Positions 12,785 to 26,359 of a stretch of 64,000 bases of DNA are shown piece after piece. The stretch covers positions 53,320,001-53,384,000 of the forward strand of contig OX597825.1 in the NCBI GenBank assembly GCA_951406725.2, written 5' to 3'. The position numbers and the translations under genes are program-made. Source of the DNA: Octopus vulgaris. Lineage: Eukaryota. The first letter of the stretch is position 1, and each line of letters starts with the position of its first letter. The notes beneath the pieces are model-generated. The model worked only from the letters and a program-made list of their open reading frames with translations. It ran no database searches and was not told where the DNA came from.

Positions 12785-14035
12785 GCATTATATATATATA
12801 ATGTGGGCATTATGTGATCGGTTGAGCTGAAAATAGGACAAAATTACTCATCTTATAAAATGTGGCCCGAGTAGACCTGAATGAAATAGGGTTATATTAA
12901 CCAAAATGTGAAAAGGGGTCTAAATGGGGCTGGAAGGGGGATTAAAATTTACAGGAGCGGGTGTTTAGGAATTCAGCAAGAATTACAGCAAGCTAAAAGA
13001 TTTGCGCCAGCCTTTAAATCTTCAACGTGTTGCCGTCCATGATGAAGAAGTTTTGAATGCTTGACTTGGTGAGTATACTGTCGTGAGAAAGAATCACTTA
13101 AAAACTTGGTGTTTAGGAATTATCTTTTACATCAAATTGAAAATTTTACGTTGCTGTTCGTCGTTAAGAAATTTCAGCCATGGTGACTCTACTATCTTTA
13201 GATTCTATCCCTTCAAACTTTTGTTTCCAATATATTTTAATTTTTATTCAGCTCGCAAGTTATCTGTCCCTTTTAAACGTTAGTGTTTTGCTGTCTGCCT
13301 TGAAGCAGACCTTTCCATAGTCACTGCCTGATATTTATGATTGATCTTTCAAAATATTTCTCTTTCTCAAATTACTCAAGATTTTTGTTGTTTATATGTG
13401 GGAGAGAGATAGATGGAGAAAGATAGAGAGTAAGAGAAAGCGAGGGAGAGTCCGAGAGAAAGGAGAGAGAAACAAAGAGGGAGAATTTGGTGATAAAAGA
13501 CATAAAGGAAGCAACAGAAAGTAACAACCACACTCTTACCCGCGCGTAGAGCGGGTCACCTTAAGCTAGTCTGATTCATAATATTTGCTCTCATGATTGA
13601 GTGGTGGTGGTGGCGATAATAAAACTATCTAAGAATGCAGACAGACATACAGAGAGAGAGAGAGAAAGAGAGAGAGAAGGGGAGGCGGTGGGGGGAAAAG
13701 GGACAGCGCTAGCGAAGCCGGCGGGGGAAAGATAGTTATGTCTGTCAAACGTCGTTATTGAGAGAAAGTGATGGGAAGGGAAGAAACAGAGAGAGACGGA
13801 GGAAGACATGCAGATAAGAGAATGAGAGGAGACTTGTCAATGTGTGCGTTTTTTTCCCTAGTAACGACACCTTTTGGGATAGGGATTTCTAATCTAGCCC
13901 ACTGACATTCTCACTTCATTTTACATGTCCCTATAAATTTTGGAGTCAATCCGACGAGATCTAGTGGCCTCTAAACCGTTCCAATGCCAAAACCAGACAA
14001 ACAAACTTTTCGCATTTCAGATTTATAGATATTGA
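11925..14035 (+). mobile_element. non-autonomous Helitron array: 3' stub, putative full copy 12083-13569, inverted 5' copy
   Basis: 3' hairpin CCCGC-GCGTAGA-GCGGG followed by CTAC at 12079-12082 and by CTAG|T at 13566-13570; 5' end TCAATATCTATAAA at 12083; 13572-14035 is the reverse complement of 12083-12540. Confidence 0.8.
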
Positions 14036-14273
14036 TTATAGATAACAACTCGGGCTGTAACTTCTGAGCACCAGTCAGACGCGCGTAAACGATGCCGTGA
14101 GAACGTCTGCAACGAATTATATTTTTTGACACAGGGTATCTCTAAGACGACAGCGAGATGCTGAACCAAAATAAATGAACTGTGACGAGGCTCAAGAAAA
14201 GGAGCCCAAGTTATTAGCTGCAATTGCATATTTAAAATCAGTTTCGGTAGAACTTAAATAAGCTTGCAAATAG

Positions 14274-14493
14274 ACTCTTTACTCTTTTACTCTTTTACCT
14301 GTTTCAGTCATTTGAATGTGGCTATGCTGGAGCACCGCTTTTAGTCGAGGAAATCGACTAGTACTTATCCTATCGCTCTCTTTTGCCGAACAGCTAAGTT
14401 ACGGGGACGTAAACACACAAGTATCGGTTGTCAAGTGATGTTGGGGGAGAAAAACAGACGCAGAAACACAGACACAGAAACACACACACACAC

Positions 14494-14526
<33 letters not shown>

Positions 14527-14610
14527 CACATATGTACGACGGGTCTACCAAATCCACTCACAAGGCTTTGGTCGGCCCGAGGTTATAGTAGAAGACACTT
14601 GCCCAAGATG
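14274..14610 (-). mobile_element. octopus tRNA-derived SINE (OK/OR-type), partial
   Basis: Reverse complement of the 48694-49096 copy (TGTTTCAGTCATTTG..GCTGGAGCACCGC..TTTTGCCGAAC). Confidence 0.8.
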
Positions 14611-15234
14611 TTCCTTTCAGTTTCTCTCTACTAGATCCACTTACGAGGCTTTGATTGGTTCTGTGATATACTAGAGGATGGTCGATTAGTGATTAGTAAA
14701 ATAATATGCTGATGGTGTTAAAATAGAATTTTTCATCTTGCAAAGGTGTGGACCTGCAAACAAAATCTCTTACAGTCTCTTTAATTGGTTTATCGAAATT
14801 TTGTCAAATAATTTATGACCTATCTCTCCTACAAGGAGTGGAGTCAACGATTTTCCCAACAATTTTGTAAGTAAAGTTTTGAGTAAATATTAGATTTATA
14901 TGTCTGACTATTATTTAATAACAGATGCTCAACATCAGATGTTGAATTATAACTTTTGTCTCCGTGACACATATCTTTTGAAACAGTGACAAATGACTTT
15001 TTAACTACAAGCATCTTCAAATGAAGCAATATGGAACTAAATGAGTACACAATATAATAACAGCTTCCTGTCGGTTAGTATTTAATTACTACGTCTATGG
15101 ATGTGACTTTTACACATAACTGATTTTTAATTAACGAGAAAACTAAATTTGTTTTTACAGCTTTAAAAGTGTCAAACAATTCTATCGGGATTTAAGTAGA
15201 AATACTTGGTAACATGATCTCCAACGAGCTTACA

Positions 15235-16472
15235 TATTAGAGCTGATAAATATGAGAAGTTTTCATTGAAGATTTCCCCTGACCAACATCCGGTTATTGC
15301 AGGAAACGGGAATTGTACAGGTATTATACATGTCTCTACCTGTCACATTGTAAATTGCAGCTTTCGACTAATATTCTTTTGTCTTTCACGGATGTTGATG
15401 TGGACTAAGGTGTTAAAATGGAGGCAGTTGAATGCAGGTCAGTGATCAGGTTTTTATACTTGAAAGGTCGTACACCAAAGGAGACTTTTGATGAGATAAA
15501 TGAAGATTATTAAGATGCACCATCATACGATGTCAAGCACTCGCATTGCCAGTTCAAATGCGATCGAAAATCGGTGGGAACTGCTACTATTTCTGGACGA
15601 CAGACAACATTCCACCAGTGATGATGACACCATCCATAAAGTGGAAGCCGCCATTTTGGAGGATTGGAGGATCATCACAAGGAAGTGAAGATAAGTGTTG
15701 GGTCCGTGGAAAAAATTATTCACGATGCTTTGCACAAGCAGAAGCTGTCTGCGAGATGGATTCCCCGGATGCTCACACCTTTTAAGAAGCAGGAACGAGT
15801 CAATTGCTCTCAGGCGATTTTGGTAACGTGCCAAGAAAACGAGGGAGACATTTTCTGGAAATGTAACACACGGTGAAACATGGGTGGGTCCATCACTATG
15901 TTCTTCAGACTAAAGTCCAGTTTAGCAATGGAAGCATGATAAGTCACCACCTCCAAAGTAGGTTCAGGTCCAACCCTCGGCAGGCAAGTTAATACTCGCA
16001 GTCATTTGGTATCAGCGTGGAGTGGTGACGATGGATTTTCTGGCAAAGGTCACCACAATTAGCGGGATATATTATAATGCTCTGCTGCAGAAATCGCGGG
16101 TGGCCATCCAATTAGAGAGGCGTGGAATACTGACCAAAGGAGTTCGCCTCCTCCAAGAAAACACCTCTCAATGCTCAAGTTCCCCAGATTAAGGCACTCC
16201 ACCCCCACGTCTATGAAAACCTTCATTCTTTTTCTTAATCTCCTGGCCTCACACTATCTGACTTCCGCTTCTTTCCAAACATGAAGCACTTTTCGATGAT
16301 GATGAATTATTTTTCGAGGTAAATTCTTGGCTCCAGACGCAACATACCGGCGATGGGAGAAGTGGGACACTATGAAGAGAATGATACTTGAGATGGTTAT
16401 AACTATGTCGAGATTCGTTTATCCCAGTCCGTGCGATGTGGGTCGGCGGAAATCTTTAATGAACAACCCTCG
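15235..16472 (+). mobile_element. mariner (Hsmar2/irritans-like) element, near full-length, inactivated
   Basis: MEAVECRSVIRFLYLKG from 15418, KLSARWIPRMLT, GETWV, PSAGKL, KGVRLLQEN; 3' TIR GAACAACCCTCG|TA. Confidence 0.88.
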
Positions 16473-16483
16473 TATATATATTT

Positions 16484-16535
<52 letters not shown>

Positions 16536-16554
16536 ACATATTCTTTTGTGGTTT

Positions 16555-17027
16555 TTACTTGTTTCAATCATTCTACTGCGGCCATACTGTAGCACTACTT
16601 TGAAGGATTTTAATCGAACAAATTGACCACCAGGATGTATTTTTGAAGCCTAGTATTTAATCTATCGACATCTTTTGCCGAACCGCTAGGTTACGTAAAC
16701 ACGCCAACAAGGTTTGACAAGCAATGAGGGGGACAAACACAGACACAAAGGCATACACACGCACATACACCTCTCCCACATGCATACACCTCGCTTCACG
16801 CACATACATATATATACAGATACGAAATATATACACACATATACCCTATATATGTATATATACACATATACAACTGGCTTCGTTCAATTTCTGTCTATCA
16901 AATCCACTGACAAGTTTTTGGTTGATACGTGGCTATAGTAGGGGACACCCAAGATTCCACACATTGGGACTGAACCCGGAAACATGTGATTCGGAAGGAA
17001 CCTTCTTACCATCAGACACGATTGCGC
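16555..17027 (-). mobile_element. octopus tRNA-derived SINE, diverged
   Basis: Similar to the reverse complement of 48694-49096, including the head GGGACTGAACCCGGAAACATGTG. Confidence 0.75.
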
Positions 17028-17061
17028 TTAATCAGTCTCGTATATATGCAAACCCACACAT

Positions 17062-17108
<47 letters not shown>

Positions 17109-17230
17109 CATGTATGTACTTATGTATATATACGAGACTGATTAGGCGAATATATATATATGTATGCATGCATATATGTGTGTATATATATATATATGTG
17201 TGTGTGGGTGTGTGTGTGAATATGTATATA

Positions 17231-17261
<31 letters not shown>

Positions 17262-17404
17262 TTATATATAGTGACGCATATTTGCCATTTGAATATGGCT
17301 AACCCTTTAAGGGTGGATGCTACTGTAGTTTGTAGCCCCAGGAAGATATCTCCTCCAGCTGGCTATAGACACACTATCTGTGTCCTCTCAGTATTTGTGA
17401 AGGG

Positions 17405-17443
17405 GACCCGAGTTTCAAGGTGTTTACCTTTCATCAGTGTGTG
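17405..17443 (-). ncRNA. HHR core (family B), truncated at the cleavage site
   Basis: Minus CACACA CTGATGA AAGGT-AAAC-ACCTT GAAAC TCGG GTC; the 3' strand of stem I is missing. Confidence 0.75.
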
Positions 17444-17753
17444 ACAATCATGAGTTGAAGACGGGGAGGATGACTCCCTTTCACAAATACTGAGAGGATA
17501 CAGATAGTGTGTCTATAGCCAGCTGGAGGAGATATCTTCCTGGGGCTGCAAACTACAGTAGCATCCACCCTTAAGGGGTTAGCCATATTCAAATGGCAAA
17601 TATGCGTCACAATGTGTTACCGCTACTGTTTATAACTCGCTCTGAGATTTATCATTGTTTGATTTCACTTTTTCAATATCAGTGTCAATCGACACTGGAA
17701 AAAGTATATGTATTTGTGAAGGGAGCTGACTTCTCGTCGACAACCATGATTGT

Positions 17754-17798
17754 CACACGCTGAAGATTGGTAAACACCTTGAAACTCGGGTCCGTGTG
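17754..17798 (+). ncRNA. type I HHR (family B)
   Basis: CACACG CTGAAGA TTGGT-AAAC-ACCTT GAAAC TCGG GTC CGTGTG: perfect 6-bp stem I and GUC site; base of stem II mismatched. Confidence 0.8.
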
Positions 17799-18006
17799 TA
17801 TCATGAGTTGAAGACGGGGAGAATGACTCCCCTTCCCAAATACTGAGAGGACACATATAGTGTGGCTATAGCCAGCTGGAGGAGACATCTTCCTGGGGCT
17901 ACAAACTACAGTAGCATCCACCCTTAAGGGGTTAGCCATATTCAAATGGCAAATATGCGTCACGATGCGTTACCGCTACTGTCTATAATTCGCTCTGAGA
18001 TTTATC

Positions 18007-18065
<59 letters not shown>

Positions 18066-18126
18066 ATATATCCTATACAAAATACACCTGTGTATGTGTG
18101 TGTGGATGTATGTGCGTGTGTATGTT

Positions 18127-18255
18127 TCCCAGAGGAGTGTTTCTCCAGGATAGGACTACACAGCCACAGCAGGAAATGTATCAGGACATGATTGTAAAAG
18201 CTGGACTAGACTACTTTATGCGCAACTCCATTGTCTCCCGAGACAAAAAGGATGC

Positions 18256-18267
<12 letters not shown>
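18127..18267 (+). mobile_element. RTE LINE 3' stub, same family as 4611-5598
   Basis: ECFSRIGLHSHSRKC plus 3' UTR CTCCATTGTCTCCCGAGACAAAAAGGATGCC(AAC)n. Confidence 0.85.
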
Positions 18268-18315
<48 letters not shown>

Positions 18316-19219
18316 TCCTATACAAAATACACCTCTGTATGTGTGTGTGGATGTATGTGCGTGTGTGTGTTCGCTTTTTAGGTGAAAACACCTGCAGGAT
18401 TTGCTTCCATACATGGGATGCATGAATAATTTGACCTCGAATACCAATTAGGCTCTTCAATTCATTATTATTTTTTTTTATTAGAAATAAATAATATTGC
18501 TTTATATATATTTTTCGCTTCTTTCAAAAGGTTTCTCAATGTCAACTTCATTTGCGAAATCCCACATCTATATTTTAATATTTTCCTTTCAAGTTTTAAT
18601 TCGCTATTTGCAAACGCTACGATATATTACTGACAGAAATATTTACCAAGTTCACAAATTTCGCTTGAATCTGCTCACATTATTAACTTCCGTTAAAAGT
18701 TTTTAATTATTTAATTGTTGCGCGCCGATTTCAGTTCTATGTATTTATGGTCAGTCACACTCGCACATATGTGTATTTGTATGTACTTTGTATACATTTA
18801 TGCCTGTGTGAGAGAGAGAGACAGAGACAGACAGGCAGACAGACAGACAGGCAGACAGACAGACAGACGGAAGGGATATGTTGTCATGTATACGTACATA
18901 CATTAATACATATGCATACATCTTTTTTTGTATGTGTATGTGAGAGGGAGACAGAGAGGTTAGACAGATAGAGAGGGAAAGAGAATGATATCTAAGTGGC
19001 ACGCTCTCGCTTTCACTCACACACACGCACACATACGTACAAAAAAAGATGTATGCATGTTAATGTATGTACGTACAAAATACAACACGAGCCTTCACTC
19101 TCCCTCTCTCTCTCTCGATCTCACATGCACGCTCGCGCGTCCATTTCATCTGATGTTTGATGCTGTATCTATATGATATTTACGTAACTTATTTCTTTCT
19201 AATCCCCATTATAATTTTC

Positions 19220-19830
19220 AAGGTTGTCAGTGAGAACTTCTCCAACTCTGTTAACTCTATCAATTATGTTTGCAAATATATAAACATAAGTTTAGATGCT
19301 GCAACATACATTCTTATGCAGAATGGCAGTCAGCAGATAAATAAAAATGATGACGCTGCACAGTATGACAAAGTATGATACATCAGTACCAATGAGGCTT
19401 TTTCACACATCTTCAAATTTCTCATTCATGAGGGGCACCCAGCCATTATTCACCTGAGTCTCTATCTAGAGAATGACCTCAGGGATATCTTTACAAAACA
19501 AACGGCCTTGTTGCAAACAAGCACGTTCTCCAATAGAAACTACTCTTACTGCATTTTTTAAAGTTTTGTCAAGTAGATGAAGATGCAAGAAAAGTACTTT
19601 AGCTACAATTACCCAAGTATTACACCTGGAAAAACAATAAATGGCACAAGAGGAAACCAGATCTCTAAAACAATTTTTTTTTATGAAGCACTGCTTGAAA
19701 ATGCGGAACAGGTTTTGACCATGGGAGGTAAAACTTTGTAATAGTCTGGCTCTGAACTGCTAAAAATAAAACTTTTAGTGATTTAACTTCAAGAAACATA
19801 GCAAGAGATACAATTGTCTGCATTTGTTAA
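19220..19830 (+). mobile_element. Helitron Rep/helicase coding fragment (pseudogene)
   Basis: NSVNSINYVCKYINIS..YISTNEAFSHIFKFLIHEGHPAIIHLSLYLEN..TTLTAF..LPKYYTW matches the Helitron pattern SIKYICKYVNKG..RYISSNEA..IHERxP..HLEN. Confidence 0.8.
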
Positions 19831-19967
19831 TGAATATAAACATGAATTTCCTCCAGAATAATGTTATCCACAACAAAATATGCTTCAACACCCGAACTCA
19901 CATAAAGAATATTGCAAACCAAATCCACAGACGAAATATATACATACATACATGCATACATACATAC

Positions 19968-20016
<49 letters not shown>

Positions 20017-20022
<6 letters not shown>

Positions 20023-20652
20023 AATAATAAAGGGTAAAAATAAATAATTAATAATTAATAATTTTATCAAGTAGTTCGGTATGTTAAAATAACTTTTTCC
20101 GGCAACCTTATACAAAACTTCTATAATTATAATCATAATTACAAATAGGGTTCAACATATGACATCATCACATACCGAAATTTAGAAATAGCAGTTAAAT
20201 ACTATTCCTCTACTATAAGATATCTCCCAAACACCAATCCTCTTATTTTACGTAGGTAAGGATTAAAAATAACGAATCTACCCGGATTTGATTAACCACA
20301 TAGGCGTTTCTGGATTAAAGAGATGTAATTTTTTTATTTTTAATTATTTATTTCCTTCTTCAGTGTAGTATTTGAATTGTAAATTTGAGCGTACTAATAA
20401 TTAAATACGTATTCGACAAAGCGACATCGAATAACTAGTATCCAAAAACCAGCACTTCCGAATATATGCAGACGAGTGAGAAATCACATCATTCCCCAAC
20501 CACCCTCGTGTGTTACGAGTAATGCCGCAGAAAACTGCACTTTATTATCAGGGAGTGAATTATATTTTCAATAATAATCAAGGGTAAAATTAATTAATAA
20601 TTTATAAGTAGTTCGGTATGTTAAAATAACATTTATCGGTAACCTTATACAA
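20017..20652 (+). repeat. approximately 90-bp direct repeat, 550 bp apart
   Basis: TTCAATAATAAT..AAGTAGTTCGGTATGTTAAAATAAC..AACCTTATACAA at about 20017 and about 20567. Confidence 0.75.
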
Positions 20653-20854
20653 GGTTGTATAAGGTTGAATGTAGATTCAAATGACTGAAACAAGGGAAAA
20701 GAAAAGAAATACAAATACATAGATACATATACATATATAAAGTTGATCCAAACAAGAAAACCCAAAAAAAAAACAAACAAAAAACACAACAACACGAGGA
20801 CGTGGAACAAATAAAGTATTATTGGACGCTCAGGAAAGAAGGGAAGAAGGAGGA

Positions 20855-20887
20855 TCTAACGTTTCGAGCGGAGCTCTTCTTCGGAAA
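20855..20887 (-). ncRNA. minimal HHR-like motif (family C)
   Basis: Minus TTT CCGAAGA A GAGC-TCC-GCTC GAAAC GTT AGA; palindromic AACGTT, U4C variant; abuts (TA)n. Confidence 0.5.
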
Positions 20888-20894
20888 CATATAT

Positions 20895-21037
<143 letters not shown>

Positions 21038-21317
21038 TGTGTGTTTACGCGTACGCGCGTGTGCGTGTGGATAATTTATGGAAAGAAATCACATAAAACT
21101 CATCAATTTAGTTCAAAATGGAGCAGACAAGTTTGTTTTAATTCATACAGACGATCGTTTCGTACAGAGATATAAAAATAACGCAAATTATTATTTTCAT
21201 GTTCGCAATTTTAGGCCTGTAAACTACCAGCAAAATATGATGAATCAGCATTAGATGTCTCTTTTTGGAAACCTCCAAATTAAAGGACGAATCTACATTC
21301 AAACTTTTTACACCTAT

Positions 21318-21356
<39 letters not shown>

Positions 21357-21359
21357 CTA

Positions 21360-21415
<56 letters not shown>

Positions 21416-21434
21416 GTATACATAGAGAGTAAAA

Positions 21435-21526
<92 letters not shown>

Positions 21527-22189
21527 TAAAATATTCAACAAGAGAAAATGGAGAAGATTGGTTCGTTTTAATTGTGTTGCTTCTGGAAAAGTAATGGAGA
21601 TTAAAAGATGAAAAAATATACCGATATGAGTATAAAAGGAACCGCTTCAAACAACAAAATAACTAAAAAAAAATACCAAAAAAAGATATACCACATACAT
21701 ATATATGTTTCGATATAATATTTAAGAATCATCAATAACTGTAACTTTAAAAGATGCAAAAGTCAACGCGATGGAGGTGGCAAAAGGACAGTCGTAACCC
21801 TTCGTGGGTGGTGCAAATATAAGAAAACGCTACACTAGGAAAAAGTAAATAAATAAAGATTTGATGAAAAACATTGGTGCTATTTAGAAATTAAATCATT
21901 CAGGCCACAATCTCCAGCGATTCTAAGAAAAAAAAACCCATTTTGCATTTAACACACAAGTTGCACAAAAACAATACAACAATCACGAGCTAGATATATA
22001 TTAATACTACGGAAATCAAAAACAGTGTTACTGGACAAATTCCCTGGGTCAAACTTTGAGCTGCTGGTGATCTCCATGTATTTCGTATCCATGTGTGTGT
22101 ATAAGTATGTCGAAAATATCACACACACACAAACACACACAAACACACACATATATATATATGTATATATCATATATATACGCGTTGAA

Positions 22190-22345
22190 ATGGCTGCACG
22201 GTAAGGATTTTTCTCCTCAAGCAAATTCTTCCAGGTTCAGTCCCACTGCGTTGCATGTTAGCTTAGAGTTTCTTAATATAACCTCGGGCCAGTCAAAGTC
22301 TCGTGAGTGGATTCGGAGCACGAAAACTGAAAGAAACTGTCGTAT
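22190..22345 (+). mobile_element. octopus SINE 5' half, diverged
   Basis: TGGCTGCACGGTAAG..GGTTCAGTCCCACTGCG..GTGAGTGGATT..AAACTGAAAGAA. Confidence 0.7.
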
Positions 22346-23984
22346 ATATATATATATACAGACTTCCGATATAGCGGATATATAATTGTTAAAGAGGACA
22401 ACAACCGTTAAGGCAAGGCAAACATCTCAAGTCATATACATTATTATTATTGGGAAAAAAATCAGTCTTACAGAGTATGGAATGTTCCTTCATCGGAGAC
22501 AAATAAGGAAAATGAGAAGCGTACAGATTAATGAAATGACGACATAGAGGACAGGAGAGAAGGAATAAGGAGATGAAGAAAGAGAAGAACTTTTATGCTC
22601 CTTTTTTCTTCTCTTTCTTCATATCCTTATTCCTTACCTCATGTCCTCTATGTCGTCATTTCATTAATCTGTACCCTTCTCATTTTCCATCTATGGATCC
22701 GACGACAGAACATATCATGCTCTGGGATATCCGAGGAACAACAGTAAAACTGAATTTCTTTTCCAATAATAATGAGGTATATGAATTCAGATGCTTGCTT
22801 TGCCTTAACGCTTGCTGTCCTCTTTAACAATTATATATACATTAATCTATATCTTTATATAAACACACACACACAGCACATACACAAACACACACACATG
22901 CTGTTTGTTTATGAGATTTCTTCAGATTGTTTTCTAGGTATATGCTATACTGACTTTAATAATTTAATTATAAGAAAAAGAAAGGAGAAAAGAAAAGAAA
23001 GAAAGTAAATGAAAGTGCTCTTTCAGTCTCCATGCACACAAGAATGCATTTTATGTGTGCGTATGTAATTTTGTGTAGCTGTATAACGAAATCCTTTGTG
23101 AAGATTTTGGTTGAGAATAGGGAGGCATTTAGATTACTTTTACAGTATATAAAACCCAGTATCCACTCAATAATATCATTACCAGTCTGGAAAGCATTTA
23201 CATGTCATCGTGAATGGAGTTCTCTCCCTGTTGGTCTCAAATACAGTAATCTCGCTATCACATTCACTTTCACATGACAACTTCCTACTTATTACCAACA
23301 TATAGACGAATACCTATGCACCTTCTATTAATAAACTGCAGGTAAAAGATGGCGACAGTGAATTCAATTCAGTAACGAATAACTTATATATCTTACTTGT
23401 AATGTTGTTTTCGTATTCTGACATCGCTTTAAAAGTAGAAAATATTGTTTCACCTAAAAGCAACAAAACAAACTTTTAGGTAGCCTTTGGAAGATTAGGT
23501 AGTTAGCATACCTATATATAATATAATATGTTCGACAGTAAATCAAACAACATAGTCTTCAGTGCTATGACGCCGAGAATAATAGCATAAACTAACAGAG
23601 TCTGACTAGCAAGATAATAACTGTCACCACGGTAGATGACAACGTGGCTTCTATCTAAATATATAGCTCGCTGTACAGGAAATTCCCTGTTTGGGCTTCT
23701 GATCATATTGATGGAGTTTGTTTCCTGATCAATCATATATTCTGATTGATGACATCAAACAGACTTAACAAACATCCCGCAAAAATATGTGTGAATTTAA
23801 TGACGGTGACAAAACACACCTACTCAGAAAATGTTAAGAATAACAAATTATTGATTCTCATTATGTCACAGAGTAATCCTTATTACTTCCAAACATACAA
23901 ACATACACATACACTGCAAATATACTTGAGATATGAGCACGTCTGCTTCCGCGTGAACGTGCGTATATGTATATATATATATAT

Positions 23985-24067
<83 letters not shown>

Positions 24068-24069
24068 CA

Positions 24070-24114
<45 letters not shown>

Positions 24115-24268
24115 GCACATACATACGCATACACACGCATACATATTACACAGTAAAATGACACAGGCGTGAGGGGTCGCTCGTGATTCATCGTTCTTCG
24201 TAGATATGTAGATGCACATTTACATAAGATGAAATATACAAGCATAGATGCCTACGGATACATTTATC

Positions 24269-24309
<41 letters not shown>

Positions 24310-26284
24310 GTGTGTGTGTGTGTGTGCGTTTATATGTATTCACATAAAGAAAGACTGAGTGGTAGCAGAACGAGAAAGCTATAGAGTGAGAGATGGAAAA
24401 AAAGGAGAGAAAAAGTAAGGTAAAGAGAGAAAGAGAGACAGAAAGATAGACAGAAAATCCTAGATAACGTTATGGCTTCCCCTGAAATTTGCACAATTAA
24501 TAGACATGTTGCAATAAATCATTACCTAAACGATTCTAAAGCAATTATAGACATTTACCATGAACAAGGATCCAGTTTTGGGAGATACTAATGACATATT
24601 CCAGTCACAAGAACAAGGTAACATAATTGGAACTATGAAGAATCTAATGGTTTCGGCTTGTTTCTTTTCAGCTTTTTTCTTCTTTTGTCAACTATTAAAT
24701 CCTGTGCCATGTCATTCACCGAATAAGGTTTCGTTATAACTAGCAATGATCACTTCATTTATTCGGATATATTTACGAGGTTACGTTCTTTTCCAACAAT
24801 GACCTAGATGCTGGCCGTTTCTTACTTTCTTTTTGTTTTGTTTTTAGATATAAAGCTGGTGATAGCATCAACAGATATTAGTCGCTGTTATCAGTCATTC
24901 TTGTCATTCTTGTTTGCGTTGTTGCTGTTTAGCCCCACGTCAACCCTGATCGACCACTACCTATGATGGAAGATTTTCTGGCTGCACACAACCCGTCTTC
25001 ATCTTTGTGATTACGTACCAAATTAAATAGTACAATGTAAATGTATCTTTCCTCGGTTACCATGCTGATTAGTGGACACCGATGAAGAAATTTCGCAATA
25101 GTCTCTTATTTCATGTAGGTATATAACCATTTGATGCAATCTGCTGTAATTGTAGAACATTCTCAATAGTTCTCCAGGTGCACACCAGAAGCGAATAACT
25201 AAACAAAGTAATTATAATTTAGATGCTTTTGTATTTCATCATCAGAGAACGTTTACTCTGTTTAGGCGTCCTATGTTCAGAACACACGTGATTCATTGCG
25301 TCACTGCAGTGATTCAACCTGGATGTGGGTTTCCTCGGCCAAAGCTACTCCGGAGGAATGAATGTAACAATAGTGGCTCATCATTATAGAAATCAAGAAA
25401 CAAATAACTTGTGAAGAAAGAAATACTGTGTACAATTAATATGGTTGTAGTTTTGTTGAAGACGTCAAAATATGTGAACATGAATATCTACAAATTTCCT
25501 TAGCCGAGTTTGTTGCATCCTGATGTCTGAATGTTATAACTTGCAATTTACATTTTGCAGTTGATAACTCGGATAATGTAGTACTAACATTGCAACTGGC
25601 ACCTGGCATTATATTGTTTTGTAATGCAAATATCTGTAGCATCTGAGTTTTTAAACATACAATGAGATTGGTTAAAATATGAATGAAAAATATATCAGGG
25701 TGTCATCAGCGTCCCTAGCAAACAGCATTGATACAAATCGACACAGCCCGTTCTTTTGCATTGCGGTGCATCGAAACAAATTGATAACATCGAAATGTTC
25801 ATTGGCAGATGTGAGTAAGGATTTGGCATGATATTTTTGATATTAGATTATAGCTGCCTTCAGTATTCCTGCTCAACCTCAGATGCCATCTCTTTTCACC
25901 AAAACATCCTGCTTCAGATTGGCCGGCACTATCATTTTACCATCCAGTCAACAAATCTATTACATGCATGTTATTTAACATGCTTGCACGAAATACGAGG
26001 AACACAACTGACAGTGTAAGCAGAACAATTTGCAATGCACTACTCTTCGTCCACACAGGTAATTTGCTGCAGACACTAATATCCAGTGGCTTCTAATATG
26101 TCGACACTGAGATGCCAAAGTATTGTATTACCAGCAGACAGCCAACCAGTTATATACTGATGTCACGTAATCCATGTTCAAATGAACGCACTCTTTTTTC
26201 CACCTACACATCCTGTGCGTGATCTGTTTAAATTGATCCCGAATATATTGTCCGAAACTACACGTTGGAAGTTGTGTGTGTGTG

Positions 26285-26359
<75 letters not shown>

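Larger units (their letters stand above)
17271..18008. repeat. HHR-bearing composite repeat (family B): inverted arms 17271-17405/17476-17610 and a 353-bp direct repeat
   Basis: Arms are near-perfect reverse complements; 17447-17655 recurs at 17800-18008. Confidence 0.9.
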
